Assembly (NCBI RefSeq): GCF_963506605.1
Contig: NC_083289.1
Coordinates: 10,168,001 to 10,232,000, forward strand
DNA: 64,000 nt
DNA from: Zootoca vivipara
Taxonomy: Eukaryota
Direction of reading: 5' to 3'
Shown here piece after piece: positions 61,887-64,000 of this stretch. The position numbers were made by a program, and so were the translations under genes. Under the pieces are notes generated by a model, which was not told where the DNA came from, ran no database searches, and saw only the letters and a list, made by a program, of their open reading frames with translations. Within the stretch, counting starts at the first letter, position 1. Every line of letters begins with the position of its first letter.

Positions 61887-62439
61887 TACTTGATTAGTCT
61901 TTAAACACTCTCTGTCACTTTTGCATCTTGAGTCAGTGGTGTTTTCTACTGAACAGTTACCCTCTTCCTTAGTCTGAAAGAACTTGAATTTACTTTATGG
62001 TTAATTGCTCAAAAGGAGGATAACTTTAATCTACTGATTCACATTCTTACCGTTGCTGATAATGGCAATTTTTACCATTAAAAGGCTGTCTTACTGCATG
62101 CAAAAAACTATACCCATGTTCATCCTTTGACCAGTCCTGGGGATGTTCATCATTTGATGGAATATAATTGATGTGATGGAAAAAGTTTGGTGCAATTAAG
62201 TTTTTAGCAAAATTGTCTTATCCCGATTCCTTTTTTAGAAGATTACTGCTACCAAACTTAAGTTAATGTGAAGGGAACTTGCAAACAGGGCATAGAATTC
62301 TGCTTGAGGAGCCCCTTTTTTGCAGCCGGTGTCTTGTCTTATCTAGATGCAGCTAATTGGCTAAGAGTCATAGTTAGTCCATGTTTATTAGGTCTTATGT
62401 TTCCAGAAAGAAATGTTTCTTTTAGGTAACAGTCTGTAT

Positions 62440-64000
62440 GTTGTTGTTGTTTAGTCGTTTAGTCGTGTCCGACTCTTCGTGACCCCATGGACCATAGCAC
62501 GCCAGGCACTCCTGTCTTGCACTGCCTCCCGCAGTTTGGTCAAACTCATGTTCGTAGCTTCGAGAACACTGTCCAACCACCTTGTCCTCTGACGTCCCCT
62601 TCTCCTAGTGCCCTCAATCTTTCCCAACATCAGGGTCTTTTCCAAGGATTCTTCTCTTCTCATGAGGTGGCCAAAGTATTGGAGCCTCAGCTTCACGATC
62701 TGTCCTTCCAGGGAGCACTCAGGGCTGATTTCCTTAAGAATGGATAGGTTTGATCTTCTTGCAGTCCATGGGACTCTCAAGAGTCTCCTCCAGCACCATA
62801 ATTCAAAAGCATCAATTCTTCGGCGATCAGCCTTCTTTATGGTCCAGCTCTCACTTCCATACATCACTACTGGGAAAACCATAGCTTTAACTATACGGAC
62901 CTTTGTCGGCAAGGTGATGTCTCTGCTTTTTAAGATGCTGTCTAGGTTTGTCATTGCTTTTCTCCCAAGAAGCAGGCGTCTTTTAATTTCGTGACTGCTG
63001 TCACCATCTGCAGTGATCAAGGAGCCCAAGAAGGTAAAATCTCTCACTGCCTCCATTTCTTCCCCTTCTATTTGCCAGGAGGTGATGGGACCAGTGGCCA
63101 TGATCTTGGTTTTTTTGATGTTGAGCTTCAGACCATATTTTGCGCTCTCCTCTTTCACCCTCATTAAAAGGTTCTTTAATTCCTCCTCGCTTTCTGCCAT
63201 CAAGGTTGTGTCATCTGCATATCTGAGGTTGTTGATATTTCTTCCGGCAATCTTAATTCCGGCTTGGGATTCATCTAGTCCAGCCTTTCGCATGATGAAT
63301 TCTGCATATAAGTTAAATAAGCAGGGAGACAATATACAACCTTGTCGTACTCCTTTCCCAATTTTGAACCACTCAGTTGTTCCATATCCAGTTCTAACTG
63401 TAGCTTCTTGTCCCACATAGAGATTTCTCAGGAGACAGATGAGGTGATCAGGCACTCCCATTTCTTTAAGAACTTGCCATAGTTTGCTGTGGTCGACACA
63501 GTCAAAGGCTTTTGCATAGTCAATGAAGCAGAAGTAGACGTTTTTCTGGAACTCTCTAGCTTTCTCCATAATCCAGCGCATGTTTGCTATTTGGTCTCTG
63601 GTTCCTCTGCCCTTTCGAAATCCAGCTTGCACTTCTGGGAGTTCTCGGTCCACATACTGCCTAAGCCTGCCTTGTAGAATTTTAAGCATAACCTTGCTAG
63701 CGTGTGAAATGAGCGCAATTGTGCGGTAGTTGGAGCATTCTTTGGCACTGCCCTTCTTTGGAATTGGGATGTAGACTGATCTTCTCCAATCCTCTGGCCA
63801 TTGCTGAGTTTTCCAAACTTGCTGGCATATTGGGTGTAGCACCTTAACAGCATCATCTTTTAAAATTTTAAATAGTTCAGCTGGAATATCATCACTTCCA
63901 CTGGCCTTGTTATTAGCAGTGCTTTCTAAGGCCCATTTGACTTCACTCTCCAAGATGTCTGGCTCAAGGTCAGCAACCACACTACCTGGGGTGTACGAAA
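62440..64000 (-). mobile_element. Bov-B (RTE clade) LINE, 3' portion with open reverse-transcriptase frame, antisense in SNX1 intron 1
   Basis: The 509-aa ORF at 62451-63980 stays open to the window edge. It has RT motifs NYRTIAL, FIDYAKAFD, GVRQGCILSP and YADD, the Bov-B type C-terminus ([22 protein letters not shown]), and a (CAA)n tail at 62440-62450. Confidence 0.96.

Noticed and set aside
62487-63856. Plus-strand and alternate-frame ORFs over the LINE
   Set aside because: Antisense or frame shadows of the Bov-B RT ORF.

Overview
This is eukaryotic, intron-rich vertebrate DNA, almost certainly from a squamate and probably a lacertid lizard (inferred from Sauria SINEs, Bov-B RTE LINEs and many hAT and Tc1/Tigger-type MITEs). 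I reconstructed the genes by hand from GT-AG splice sites and frame continuity. Left to right: TERB2 (minus, exons 1-4, continues left of the window), TRIM69 (minus, 6 coding exons, about 506 aa), B2M (minus, 3 coding exons, 117 aa, with a recognisable SXY/NF-kB/ISRE promoter), PATL2 (plus, about 19 coding exons, about 737 aa) and SNX1 exon 1 (plus). The window ends inside an antisense Bov-B LINE whose RT frame is uninterrupted. TERB2-TRIM69-B2M-PATL2 matches the human 15q21.1 order; the PATL2-SNX1 adjacency does not. I found no evidence for a wholly new biological system. The most interesting items are regulatory (the B2M promoter module, and a CpG-rich hairpin MITE between B2M and PATL2), unusual B2M residues, and young or nested transposons. 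Gene names rest on recalled similarity to known proteins, not on database searches. Most entries in the ORF track are spurious or repeat-derived.
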